Assembly: GCA_945860165.1 (NCBI GenBank)
Contig: CAMAPL010000012.1
Span: 679-64,678 of the forward strand
Length of the DNA: 64,000 nt
DNA from: Rhizobium sp. Q54
GTDB taxonomy: Bacteria > Pseudomonadota > Alphaproteobacteria > Micropepsales > Micropepsaceae
Reading direction: 5' to 3'
Numbering within the stretch: position 1 is the first letter of the stretch; each line of letters begins with the position of its first letter. Shown here piece after piece: positions 48,895 through 58,387 of this stretch. The position numbers and the translations under genes are program-made. Below the pieces are notes generated by a model that saw only the letters and a program-made list of their open reading frames with translations, was not told where the DNA came from and ran no database searches.

Positions 48895-50009
48895 ACCTTC
48901 ACCGCCTGCGCCACCAGATCCGACACCAGCCGGATGGGGTGCGGGCGCACTGACGCTTCGTAAAGCGTGGTCAGCACCACGCAGATGGTGCCGGTGTCGG
49001 GATCGGCCCAGGACAGGGTGCCGGTCGAGCCGTTATGGCCGAAAGTGCGGGGTCCGCAGGCGGGCGACCCTATTCTTGGCACCAGACAGAAGCCCAGCCC
49101 CTGAGGCGTGATTCCCGGCGGCGACTGGTTGGTGATCATCAGCGCTTCGGTCTCGGGCTTCAGAATGCGGCCGCGCCTGAAAAGAAATTCATCGTAGAAG
49201 CGCGCAATGTCCGACGCCGGGCCCAGCGCCCCGCCCCATGGGGCGCTCAGGTTGCGCCAGTAATCGCTGTTCCAGTTCCAGTCCTTCCAGCTCAGCTTGC
49301 CCGCTTCGGTCATGGCGGGGGCGCCCTGGCTGGCGACGGCGGTCGCCTTGGCGCGTCCGCGCAGACCGAGACCGGTCTTGCTCATGCCTAGCGGTTTATA
49401 GATTTTCTCTTCCATATATTGCGGGAAGGGCGTGCCGCTGAGTTGTTCGGCAATATACGACGCCAACAGGATGCCCATGCTGGAATAGGAATAGCTGGAA
49501 CTGGGCGCGAATTTCAGCGGCGCTTTCAGCGCACCGTCGCGGTAGCTGGTGAGCGGCGCATGCTTTTCACGCAGTATTTCATCGTCGGCCAGCATGTCGG
49601 GCAGGCCGCTGCTGTGGGTGAGACAGTGGCGAATGGTGATGGCGTCGCGTCCCTCGCCGGTAAAGGCGGGTAAGAATTTCGTCACCTTGTCATCCAGGCT
49701 TAGCTTGCCGGCATCCACCAATGTCATCACCGCCGCCGCCGTCATTGGCTTGGTGATCGAGGCCAGCAGGAATACCGGGGCCACCCCCGTGGCGGTGCCA
49801 AAGTTGCGGGCGAAGGAGCGGCCCTGTCCCTGCGTCACCAGAATGGACGCGCCCTGAACCCGGCCATCGGCGATCCAGCTCTCCATCAGTTTGGCGGCTT
49901 GATCCAGCTTGGCGCGATCCCAGTTTGCGGTCGCAGCATTGGCGGCTTGCGGCATCTGGCTGGCGATCATGGTGGCCCCCGCTGTCTTGAGTATGTCCCT
50001 GCGATTCAT
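48891..50009 (-). CDS. Serine hydrolase (class C beta-lactamase/esterase family) with Tat signal
   Basis: MNRRDILKTAGATMIASQMPQAANA is a twin-arginine leader. The SxxK motif is LASITKPMTAAAV. Confidence 0.85.
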   Translation of the reverse strand: MNRRDILKTAGATMIASQMPQAANAATANWDRAKLDQAAKLMESWIADGRVQGASILVTQGQGRSFARNFGTATGVAPVFLLASITKPMTAAAVMTLVDAGKLSLDDKVTKFLPAFTGEGRDAITIRHCLTHSSGLPDMLADDEILREKHAPLTSYRDGALKAPLKFAPSSSYSYSSMGILLASYIAEQLSGTPFPQYMEEKIYKPLGMSKTGLGLRGRAKATAVASQGAPAMTEAGKLSWKDWNWNSDYWRNLSAPWGGALGPASDIARFYDEFLFRRGRILKPETEALMITNQSPPGITPQGLGFCLVPRIGSPACGPRTFGHNGSTGTLSWADPDTGTICVVLTTLYEASVRPHPIRLVSDLVAQAVKV

Positions 50010-50144
50010 CGCGTTCCCCTGTTTTGATGGAGTTTAACACGTCCATCCAAAAACCGCATCGGTTGATAGCGATTTTGGGTTGGACCCGGTGAAAACCGCG
50101 CCCTAGAAAGGCGCCCAGAACGCAGCCGGACCAGGAGAAGCAGA

Positions 50145-51068
50145 ATGAGCAAGATGTCGCCCCAGGAAATGGCGCAGATCCTCGCCAAGGGCCTGTTGTC
50201 CTTTCCGGTCACCCATTTCGGCAAGGGCTTCCAGTTCCAGGAAGGCCCTTATCGCGAACATTGTGCCTGGCTTCTGGGTTTCAAGCGCCTGACCGGCCTG
50301 TTCGCCGCGGGCGGCACCGGAGAATTCTTTTCCCTCACCCCCGCCGAAGTCGCCACCGTGGTCACCGCGGCGGTGAAGGAAACCGCCGGCCAGACCCCGG
50401 TGATCGCCGGCTGCGGCTATGGCACCGCGATTGCGGTGGAACTCGCCATGTCCGCCGAACAGGCAGGCGCCGATGGCCTGCTGCTGCTGCCGCCTTACCT
50501 CATGACGCCCAATCAGGAAGGCCTGATGGCTCATGTCGAAACGGTGTGCAAAGCCACCAAAATCGGCGTCATCGTCTACAACCGCGACAATGCCGTCTTG
50601 ACCGCCGACAGCCTGGCAAAATTGTGCGAGCGCAATCCCAACCTGGTCGGCTTCAAGGATGGCGTCGGTGATATCGAATTGATGATGCAGGTCTATGCCA
50701 AGATGGGCGATCGCCTCACCTATGTCGGCGGCCTGCCGACGGCGGAAACCTTCGCGCTGCCCTATCTGGAGATGGGCGTCACCACTTATTCCTCGGCGAT
50801 CTACAATTTCATGCCGGAATGGGCGCTGTCTTTCTATGACGCGGTGCGCGCCAAGGACCATGCCAAAGTGATGGCGGGTCTGAAGGACTTCGTGCTGCCC
50901 TATATCGCCATCCGCAATGAGAGCAAGGGTTATGCTGTTTCCATCGTCAAGGCCGGCATGACCGCCATCGGCCGCACCGCCGGGCCGGTGCGCGCGCCCC
51001 TGACTGACTTCAATGCGGACCAGTTCGCCCGCCTGAAAAAGCTGATCGAAGCCACCAAGCCGGTTTAA
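50145..51068 (+). CDS. kdgD: 5-dehydro-4-deoxyglucarate dehydratase
   Basis: 307 aa, DapA-family. ...[10 protein letters not shown]...[14 protein letters not shown]...[12 protein letters not shown]... matches KdgD. The gene context is glucarate/galactarate utilisation. Confidence 0.86.
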   Translation: MSKMSPQEMAQILAKGLLSFPVTHFGKGFQFQEGPYREHCAWLLGFKRLTGLFAAGGTGEFFSLTPAEVATVVTAAVKETAGQTPVIAGCGYGTAIAVELAMSAEQAGADGLLLLPPYLMTPNQEGLMAHVETVCKATKIGVIVYNRDNAVLTADSLAKLCERNPNLVGFKDGVGDIELMMQVYAKMGDRLTYVGGLPTAETFALPYLEMGVTTYSSAIYNFMPEWALSFYDAVRAKDHAKVMAGLKDFVLPYIAIRNESKGYAVSIVKAGMTAIGRTAGPVRAPLTDFNADQFARLKKLIEATKPV

Positions 51069-51115
51069 ACCCCCTAAGCTCTAAAAAAGTGGGCTTTGTC
51101 GGCTAGTGTGCGGCC

Positions 51116-52054
51116 ATGACTGGCGCATCCTTCTGGGCCCAATTCGAGCTGCATCAGGTTCGCTGCTTTGTCGCAGCTGCTGAGGAACTGCATTTCGGCC
51201 GTGCCGCAGCGCGCATGAACATGACCCAGCCGCCGCTATCGCGGCAGATCCAGCTGCTGGAGCATGTCTTGGGCATCAAGCGGCTGGACCGCACCAGCCG
51301 CGGGGTAAAGCTGACCCCGGCGGGGCATGTGTTCCTGCTGGAAGCCCGGCGCATCCTGCGCCTGACCGAAAGCGCCGCCCTGGCGACCCGGCGCATCGCA
51401 TCGGGCGAAACGGGCACAATCACCTTGGGTTTCACCGCCGCCAGCGGCTACAGCTTCCTGCCGCGCCTGCTGCTGCAACGCGCCAGCCACGCGCCCAATA
51501 TCGATATGGCGCTGAAGGAAATGGTGTCGAGTGAACAGGTGGAGAGTTTGCTCACCGGGCGCATTGACGTCGGGCTGCTGCGCCCGCCCATCGAGCGGAC
51601 CAAATTCACCACCCTGAAAGTGGCCGGCGAGCAACTGGTAGCGGCGCTGCCGTTCGGCGATCCGCGGCTGGCCGAAGCCTCGCTCAGCCTGAAGGATTTC
51701 GACGGCCGGCCGCTGGTGATGTATGCGCCGGAAGGCGCGCGCTATTTTCACGATATGCTGATTGGCCTGTTCAAGGCCTCAGGCGTCGCGCCTGTCACCA
51801 TCCAGTCGCTCAGCCAGATTCATTCCATGCTGGCGCTGGTGCGCGCCGGGATGGGCGCCGGCCTGGTGCCGGAAGCCGCCATATCGCTGCATTTCGACGA
51901 TGTGCATTTCCGCCCGGTGCGGACCACACCGCAAGCCCCGGTCGAACTGTTCGCCGCCTGGCGCAGCGAAAATGACAATCCGGCGCTGACCGCCTTCCTA
52001 GACCTGCTGCGCGGCAGCCAGCCGGACGGCGGAATGGGTGCGTTTGCAGCATAG
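51116..52054 (+). CDS. LysR-family transcriptional regulator
   Basis: The N-terminal wHTH is LHQVRCFVAAAEELHFGRAAARMNMTQPPLSRQIQLLE. A LysR substrate-binding domain follows. Confidence 0.88.
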   Translation: MTGASFWAQFELHQVRCFVAAAEELHFGRAAARMNMTQPPLSRQIQLLEHVLGIKRLDRTSRGVKLTPAGHVFLLEARRILRLTESAALATRRIASGETGTITLGFTAASGYSFLPRLLLQRASHAPNIDMALKEMVSSEQVESLLTGRIDVGLLRPPIERTKFTTLKVAGEQLVAALPFGDPRLAEASLSLKDFDGRPLVMYAPEGARYFHDMLIGLFKASGVAPVTIQSLSQIHSMLALVRAGMGAGLVPEAAISLHFDDVHFRPVRTTPQAPVELFAAWRSENDNPALTAFLDLLRGSQPDGGMGAFAA

Positions 52055-52170
52055 GATTGGTGCGAATTGGGTATTGATCGCTTGAACCTTTGGCTTGGAC
52101 CCGCCAAGCTGATTCGGCCTATTTTGGCCAATAACGCCCCCATAAGGGTGGCAAACTCAGGGATACGATC

Positions 52171-53496
52171 ATGACGAGTGCTGACGCCGACGCGCGCAAC
52201 AGTCATGTCCGCTTCTGGATCATCGCGGTGCTGTTCATCGTCTCCTCGATCAACTACGCGGAGCGCGCCACCCTGTCCTATACCGCCACGCAGATGGCGG
52301 AAGAGTTCAGCATCAGCACCGTCCAACTGGGCTGGATGTTCTCCGCCTTCGCCTGGAGCTATGCCTTGGCGCAGATTCCCGGCGGCGCGCTGCTGGACCG
52401 TTTCGGTTCTCGCACGGTTTACCTGTGGGCCATCTTCCTGTGGTCCATCTTCACCTTCCTGCAGGCCTTTGCGGGGTTCCTGGCTTTCATACCAGTCTGG
52501 ATCAGCATCGTGATGCTGCGCGTCATGGTCGGCTTCGCCGAAGCGCCTTCCTTCCCCGCCAATGCTCGCATCGTCGCAAACTGGTTTCCCAGTTCCGAGC
52601 GCGGCACCGCCAGCGCCATCTTCAATTCCTCGCAATATTTCTCGCTGGTCGCCTTCGCGCCCCTGATGGGTTACGTCACCGGCTCCTTCGGCTGGCGCTA
52701 CACCTATTTCGTGATGGGTGTCGTCGGGCTGCTGGGCTGGGCGCTGTTCCTGGCTGTGGTGCACTCGCCCTCGCGCCACAAGCACATCAGCAAGTGCGAA
52801 TATGCCCATATCGAGGAAGGCGGCGCGCTGGTGAATCTCGACCGCCCCGCCGCGACGGCACAGCCGATCCGCTGGAGCGCGGTGGGCCAGCTTCTCGCCA
52901 ACCGCATGCTGCTGGGCATCTATCTGGCGCAGTACTGCATCACCGCCATGACCTATTTCTTCGCCACTTGGTTTCCCGTCTACCTGATCAAGGCGCGCGG
53001 CCTGTCCATCATGGAAGCCGGTTTTGCCGCCGCCCTGCCGGCCCTGGCCGGTTTTGCCGGCGGGGTGCTGGGCGGCGTGATATCGGACCTGCTACTGCGC
53101 AAGGGTTTGCCGCTGTCCACCTCACGCAAGATCCCCATCCTGATCGGCCTGGCGATTTCCTGCGCCATCCTGCTGTGCAACTTCACCGACTCCCGCGTCC
53201 TGGTCCTTTCTTTCATGGCCATCGCCTTCTTCGGCAAGGGTGTGGCGTCGCTGGGCTGGGCGGTGATGTCGGATGCCGCCCCGCGCGAAGCCACCGGCCT
53301 GTCGGGCAGCATCTTCAACCTGTTCGGCAATACGGCGGGCATCGTCACGCCCCTGGTCATCGCCTATATACTGGCGGCAACCGACAACAATTGGGAACTG
53401 GCGCTGATCTTTGTCTTCGCCCACTCGGTCGTCGCCATGCTCAGCTATGCGTTCATCGCCGGCGAGATCAAGCGCGTGGTTCTGAGACCCATCTAA
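52171..53496 (+). CDS. MFS transporter, ACS family (glucarate/galactarate permease-like)
   Basis: 441 aa. INYAERATLSYTATQMAEEFSISTVQLGWMFSAFAWSYALAQIPGGALLDRFGSR is an ACS-family pattern. It lies directly upstream of gudD. Confidence 0.84.
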   Translation: MTSADADARNSHVRFWIIAVLFIVSSINYAERATLSYTATQMAEEFSISTVQLGWMFSAFAWSYALAQIPGGALLDRFGSRTVYLWAIFLWSIFTFLQAFAGFLAFIPVWISIVMLRVMVGFAEAPSFPANARIVANWFPSSERGTASAIFNSSQYFSLVAFAPLMGYVTGSFGWRYTYFVMGVVGLLGWALFLAVVHSPSRHKHISKCEYAHIEEGGALVNLDRPAATAQPIRWSAVGQLLANRMLLGIYLAQYCITAMTYFFATWFPVYLIKARGLSIMEAGFAAALPALAGFAGGVLGGVISDLLLRKGLPLSTSRKIPILIGLAISCAILLCNFTDSRVLVLSFMAIAFFGKGVASLGWAVMSDAAPREATGLSGSIFNLFGNTAGIVTPLVIAYILAATDNNWELALIFVFAHSVVAMLSYAFIAGEIKRVVLRPI

Positions 53497-53508
53497 CACC
53501 TGAGATAA

Positions 53509-54867
53509 ATGCTCATGCCTGAGAAAATCAGCGGCGCCCCACGCGTCACGGACATGAAAGTCATTCCCGTCGCCGGACAGGACAGCATGTTGCTGAACCT
53601 GTCGGGGGCGCACGCGCCCTTCTTCACCCGCAATCTGGTGATCCTGACCGACAGCGCCGGCAATACCGGCGTGGGCGAAGTGCCGGGCGGCGAGAAAATC
53701 CGCCAAACGCTGGAGGACGCCCGCGACCTGGTGGTAGGCAAGAGCCTAGGCGAGTGGAACAGTGTTTTGCTGGAAGTCGGCAGCCGTTTCGGCGACCGCG
53801 ACGCCGGCGGCCGCGGACTTCAGACCTTCGACCTGCGTATCACGGTGCATTGCCAAACAGCGCTGGAATGCGCCCTGCTCGACCTGCTGGGCCAGCATCT
53901 GGAAGTGCCGGTCTGCGCCCTGTTGGGTGAAGGCCAGCAGCGCGGCGCGGTGGAGATGCTGGGCTATCTTTTCTTTATCGGCGACCGCAAGAAGACCACC
54001 CTGCCCTACCGTAACAATCACTCTTCCAATCGAAGTGGGGGCGACGACTGGATTCGCCTGCGCGACGAAGAAGCCCTGACGCCCCAGAGCGTGGTACGGC
54101 TGGCGGAAGCCGCCTACGAGCGCTATGGCTTCAATGACTTCAAGCTCAAGGGCGGCGTGTTGCCGGGCGAGCAGGAAATGGAAGCCGCCGCCGCACTGGC
54201 CCAACGTTTTCCCCAGGCACGCATCACCCTGGACCCCAACGGCGCCTGGTCGCTGAAGGAGGCGGTGGCGCTGTGCAAGGGCAAGGGCCATATCCTGGCC
54301 TATGCCGAGGACCCGTGCGGCGCGGAAGACGGTTTTTCGGGCCGCGAGATCATGGCGGAATTCCGCCGCGCCACAGGGCTTCCCACCGCCACCAACATGA
54401 TCGCCACCGACTGGCGGCAGATGGTGCACGCCCTGGAGCTGGGATCGGTGGACATCCCGCTTGCCGATCCGCATTTCTGGACCATGCGCGGATCGGTGCG
54501 GGTGGCGCAGGTCTGCGCCGATCGCGGCCTGCGCTGGGGCAGCCATTCCAACAATCACTTCGACGTCTCGCTGGCGATGTTCACCCATGTCGCCGCCGCA
54601 GCGCCGGGCAACATCACCGCCATCGACACCCACTGGATCTGGCAGGACGGCCAGCGCCTGACCAAGGAACCCTTCCCCATCGTCAAAGGCCTGGTGCCGG
54701 TGCCCAAGCAGGGCGGGTTGGGCGTCGAGATCGATATGGTGGAAGTCGAGAAGGCGCACAATGTCTACAAATCACTGGGCGACGGGGCGCGCGACGACGC
54801 CATCGGCATGCAGTTCCTGATCCCGGGCTGGAAATTCGATCCCAAAAAGCCGTGTCTGGTGCGCTGA
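53509..54867 (+). CDS. gudD: Glucarate dehydratase
   Basis: [59 protein letters not shown] is almost collinear with E. coli GudD as I recall it. Confidence 0.92.
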   Translation: MLMPEKISGAPRVTDMKVIPVAGQDSMLLNLSGAHAPFFTRNLVILTDSAGNTGVGEVPGGEKIRQTLEDARDLVVGKSLGEWNSVLLEVGSRFGDRDAGGRGLQTFDLRITVHCQTALECALLDLLGQHLEVPVCALLGEGQQRGAVEMLGYLFFIGDRKKTTLPYRNNHSSNRSGGDDWIRLRDEEALTPQSVVRLAEAAYERYGFNDFKLKGGVLPGEQEMEAAAALAQRFPQARITLDPNGAWSLKEAVALCKGKGHILAYAEDPCGAEDGFSGREIMAEFRRATGLPTATNMIATDWRQMVHALELGSVDIPLADPHFWTMRGSVRVAQVCADRGLRWGSHSNNHFDVSLAMFTHVAAAAPGNITAIDTHWIWQDGQRLTKEPFPIVKGLVPVPKQGGLGVEIDMVEVEKAHNVYKSLGDGARDDAIGMQFLIPGWKFDPKKPCLVR

Positions 54868-54886
54868 CGGGCGCTATAGTCCAGTT

Positions 54887-56434
54887 ATGAACGTCCAGTC
54901 CAAGGCCCCGCACGAGCCGCCGCGCCGCATCCAGGTGGCACCGGGCGATAACGTCGCGATTATCGTCAACAGTCTGGGCCTGCCCGCCGGAACTGAATTT
55001 TCCGACGGCCTGGTGCTGAACCATTTCGTGCCGCAGGGCCACAAGGTGGCGCTGGCCGACATCGCTGATGGCCGCGACATCATCCGCTATAATGAAGTGA
55101 TCGGTACCGCCAAAGGCGATATCCGGCGCGGCGACTGGATCAATGAAGACAATGTGGTGATGGGCACCGCCCCGCCGCTGGACCAGCTGGAAATGGCGAC
55201 CCGTCCGCCGCCCAAGCCCGAGCCGCTGACCGGTTATACCTTCGAAGGCTATCGCAATGCAGACGGCACGGTGGGGACCAAGAATATCCTGGCCGTGTCC
55301 ACCAGCGTGCAGTGCGTCTCCGGCACCATGGAATTCGCGCTTCAGCGCATCAAAGCGGAGCTGCTGCCGAAATATCTCAATGTGGATGATGTGGTGGTGC
55401 TGACCCATGCCTATGGCTGCGGCGTGGCGATCAATGCGCCGCAGGCCATCGTGCCGATCCGCACTTTGCAGAACCTGGCGCAGAATCCCAATTTCGGCGG
55501 CGAAGTGCTGGTGGTGGGCCTGGGCTGCGAAAAGCTGGTGCCCGAACGGCTGCTGCCGGCGGGCCAGGAAAACAACAACACACTGCGGATGCAGGATGAA
55601 GCCTTTGTCGGCTTTGGGGCGATGATCGATGGCATTATGTCGATGGTTGAAGACCGGCTGAAGATCCTCAACAAGCGCCAGCGCGAGACGGTGCCGGCGG
55701 CGGAACTGATCGTGGGCATGCAGTGCGGCGGCAGCGATGCCTTTTCCGGCCTGACCGCCAATCCGGCGCTGGGCTTCTGCGCTGATCTTCTGGTGCGGGC
55801 CGGCGCCACCGTGATGTTCTCGGAAGTGACTGAGGTGCGCGATGCCATCCACCTTCTGACTCCCCGCGCCGCCACCAAAGAGGTGGCCGACGCCTTGGTC
55901 CGCGAAATGAAATGGTACGATTCCTATCTCGAGCAGGGCGGCGTGGATCGCGGCGCCAACACCACCCCCGGCAACAAGAAGGGTGGCCTGTCAAACGTCA
56001 TCGAAAAATCCCTGGGCTCGGTCGCCAAATCCGGCACCAGCGCCATCAATGCCGTGCTGGCGCCAGGTGAGAAGGTACGCCAGCGCGGACTGGTGTTTGC
56101 CGCCACCCCGGCCAGCGATTTCGTCTGTGGCACCTTGCAGATGGCGTCGGGCATGAACCTGCACGTCTTCACCACCGGGCGCGGCACACCCTATGGCCTC
56201 GCCGCCGTGCCGGTGATCAAGGTCGCCACCCGCACCGAGCTGGCCAAGCGCTGGAACGACCTGATCGACCTAGACGCCGGGCCCATCGCCACAGGCGAAA
56301 AAACCATCGAACAGGTGGGCTGGGAATTGTTTCAGCTGATGCTGGACGTGGCCAGTGGCCGCAAGAAAGTGTGGGCCGACCATTGGGGCCTGCACAACGA
56401 TTTGACGCTGTTCAACCCCGCGCCGGTTACCTGA
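54887..56434 (+). CDS. garD: Galactarate dehydratase (UxaA/GarD family)
   Basis: 515 aa. It has an SAF-like N-domain ([13 protein letters not shown]...HKVALADI) and a UxaA-type C-terminal domain (...GCEKL...GGSDAFSG...TGRGTPYG). Confidence 0.88.
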   Translation: MNVQSKAPHEPPRRIQVAPGDNVAIIVNSLGLPAGTEFSDGLVLNHFVPQGHKVALADIADGRDIIRYNEVIGTAKGDIRRGDWINEDNVVMGTAPPLDQLEMATRPPPKPEPLTGYTFEGYRNADGTVGTKNILAVSTSVQCVSGTMEFALQRIKAELLPKYLNVDDVVVLTHAYGCGVAINAPQAIVPIRTLQNLAQNPNFGGEVLVVGLGCEKLVPERLLPAGQENNNTLRMQDEAFVGFGAMIDGIMSMVEDRLKILNKRQRETVPAAELIVGMQCGGSDAFSGLTANPALGFCADLLVRAGATVMFSEVTEVRDAIHLLTPRAATKEVADALVREMKWYDSYLEQGGVDRGANTTPGNKKGGLSNVIEKSLGSVAKSGTSAINAVLAPGEKVRQRGLVFAATPASDFVCGTLQMASGMNLHVFTTGRGTPYGLAAVPVIKVATRTELAKRWNDLIDLDAGPIATGEKTIEQVGWELFQLMLDVASGRKKVWADHWGLHNDLTLFNPAPVT

Positions 56435-56436
56435 TG

Positions 56437-56524
56437 TTTGTCATACCCACAAAAGCGGGTATCCAACTTCTTTAAGCGGACCGTTTGTTGAAAATTGGAT
56501 TCCCGCATGCGCGAGAATGACAAG
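56437..56524. repeat. Composite palindromic repeat, copy E
   Basis: TTTGTCATACCCACAAAAGCGGGTATCC (56437-56464) and GGATTCCCGCATGCGCGAGAATGACAAG (56497-56524), between convergent stops. Confidence 0.8.
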
Positions 56525-56529
56525 AAATC

Positions 56530-58143
56530 TTAGCGTCCGTCCTCCAACACCATCGCCGCCCCCTTGTCAGCGATCATGATGGTGGGCGTGTTGGTATTGC
56601 CAGAGGTGATGGTCGGCATCACCGAAGCGTCGATTACCCGCAAATTCTGAAGTCCGTGCACCCGCAACCGTTCATCCACCACGGCACGTGGATCGCTGGC
56701 CAGTCCCATTTTCGCGGTGCCGACCGGATGGAAAATAGTGGTTCCGATATCGCCCGCCGCATAGATCAACGCGTTGTCGCTATCATCCACATCGGGACCA
56801 GGGCGGAATTCCTCGGGCCGATACTGCGCCAGTGCGGGCTGGCGCATCAGCCGCCGCGTCAGGCGAATGCAGTCGGCGGCGATCCGGCGATCCTCGTCGG
56901 TGGACAGATAATTGGGCGCGATTTCGGGGCGCGCATCCATCGCGGCGGAGTTGATCCGCACCGTGCCGCGCGAGGTGGGGCGCAGGTTGCAGGGGCTGAC
57001 GGTGATGGCCGGGAAGCGGTGCAGCGGCGTGCCGAAACGGTCCAGCGACAAGGGCTGGATGTGGTATTGGACGTTGGCGCGTTCTTGTGACGGATCGGAG
57101 CGGGTGATCATGCACAGTTGTGATGCCGCCATAGTCATCGGTCCGCGCCGCGCAAGCGCATATTGAAGCCCCATCCACGGACGGCCCAGCAATGAGTAAT
57201 AGATTTCGTTGAGGGTTTTTACGCCCTTCACATGATACATGGCGCGCAGTTGTAGATGGTCCTGCAGGTTCTGACCTACGCCTTCCAGCGCGCGCAGCAC
57301 CGGGATGCCCGCTTGGCTCAGCCATGCGCCCGGACCGACACCGGAGCGCTGCAAGATTTGCACAGAACCGATGGCGCCCGACGACAACAGGACTTCACCG
57401 CTGGTCCGCGCCTCGAACAGCTGATTGCCCTGGCGGTAGCGCACGCCAGTAGCGCGCTTGCCGTCAAAGAGAACCCTCTCCACCTGCACGTCGGTCACCA
57501 GCCGCAGGTTGGGACGGTACAACACCGGCTTCAGGAAACCGCGCGCCGCCGACCAGCGCCGCCCGCGCTTCTGGTTGACGTGGAAATAATAGCTGCCTTC
57601 ATTGTCGCCCGTATTTGGGTCCGCGCTTTTCGGGATACCAATCTCTTCGCCGGCATCCACTATGCGGTCCAGTATCTCCCAACGCACCCGCGGTTCTTCC
57701 ACCGAAAGTTCGCCGTCGGCGCGATGGTGCTCGGTGTCACCCAGGAAATGCCGGTCCAGTTTCTTGAACAACGGCGCCACGTCATTCCAGCCCCAACCGG
57801 TCAGGCCAAGCTGGCGCCAATGGTCATAGTCGCCCGCTTGCCCTCGCATGGAGAGCATGGCATTGATGCTGGAGGAGCCGCCTATGGCCTTGCCACGCGG
57901 ATAGTTGAGCTTGCGGCCGTTCAGGCCGGGTTCTGCCACCGTCTCGAACATCCAGTCACTGCGCGGATTTCCGATCAGATAGAGATAGCCGATCGGGATG
58001 TGAAACCAGATCCAGTCGTCATGCCCGCCCGCCTCCAGCAGCAAAACGCGCTTGCTGGGATCAGCGGACAGGCGGTTGGCCAGCACGCAGCCCGCCGAGC
58101 CCGCACCCACCACGATGTAATCGTAATCGCCCTCAAGCATCAT
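56530..58143 (-). CDS. GMC-family FAD oxidoreductase (choline/alcohol dehydrogenase-like), no signal peptide
   Basis: MMLEGDYDYIVVGAGSAGCVLANRLSADPSKRVLLLEAGG is a GMC signature. The C-terminal ...FHPVGTAKMG...VIDASVMP... is also present. Confidence 0.88.
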   Translation of the reverse strand: MMLEGDYDYIVVGAGSAGCVLANRLSADPSKRVLLLEAGGHDDWIWFHIPIGYLYLIGNPRSDWMFETVAEPGLNGRKLNYPRGKAIGGSSSINAMLSMRGQAGDYDHWRQLGLTGWGWNDVAPLFKKLDRHFLGDTEHHRADGELSVEEPRVRWEILDRIVDAGEEIGIPKSADPNTGDNEGSYYFHVNQKRGRRWSAARGFLKPVLYRPNLRLVTDVQVERVLFDGKRATGVRYRQGNQLFEARTSGEVLLSSGAIGSVQILQRSGVGPGAWLSQAGIPVLRALEGVGQNLQDHLQLRAMYHVKGVKTLNEIYYSLLGRPWMGLQYALARRGPMTMAASQLCMITRSDPSQERANVQYHIQPLSLDRFGTPLHRFPAITVSPCNLRPTSRGTVRINSAAMDARPEIAPNYLSTDEDRRIAADCIRLTRRLMRQPALAQYRPEEFRPGPDVDDSDNALIYAAGDIGTTIFHPVGTAKMGLASDPRAVVDERLRVHGLQNLRVIDASVMPTITSGNTNTPTIMIADKGAAMVLEDGR

Positions 58144-58379
58144 CAGTCCAGATAGAATACTTCCTGCCTCATGGGGAAGCGCTCGCCGGGTTTGCGCTCA
58201 GCCATGGGCGCGAAAAACGGCGCCATCGCCTCCTGCCAGCGGGCATTGACCGGGCTTTTCTCGATTTCGCCCCACGTCTTTTCGAAATCGACGCAGGTGA
58301 AAGATTGGGCCTGTGCAATTTCGGGCAAAGCCGCGCCGATCAGGGCAGCGGCTTTCAGCAGGTCGCGCTTGGAGAGCAT
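58143..58379 (-). CDS. 78-aa protein: Tat-like (KR) leader plus a segment resembling the C-terminal half of the rhamnose mutarotase (DUF718) fold
   Basis: MLSKRDLLKAAALIGAALPEIAQAQS is a leader-like N-terminus. ...ARWQEAMAPFF...RQEVFYLD resembles the RhaM C-terminus. Its stop overlaps the GMC start (TGATG). The SD is weak, so coding status is uncertain. Confidence 0.45.
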   Translation of the reverse strand: MLSKRDLLKAAALIGAALPEIAQAQSFTCVDFEKTWGEIEKSPVNARWQEAMAPFFAPMAERKPGERFPMRQEVFYLD

Positions 58380-58387
58380 GACCGCCC

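Noticed and set aside
50058-50073. ATCGGTTGATAGCGAT upstream of kdgD as a LysR T-N11-A box
   Set aside because: The dyad arms are only 4 bp and the spacing is N12 rather than N11. It is too weak to call.
53746-55852. 337-aa and 389-aa minus-strand ORFs
   Set aside because: They are antisense to gudD and garD. The same reasoning applies to 36319-37443 (ligA), 41428-42444 (ApbE fusion), 45340-46425, 50103-50861, 51820-52809, 57256-58155, 58976-59857 and 61910-62761.
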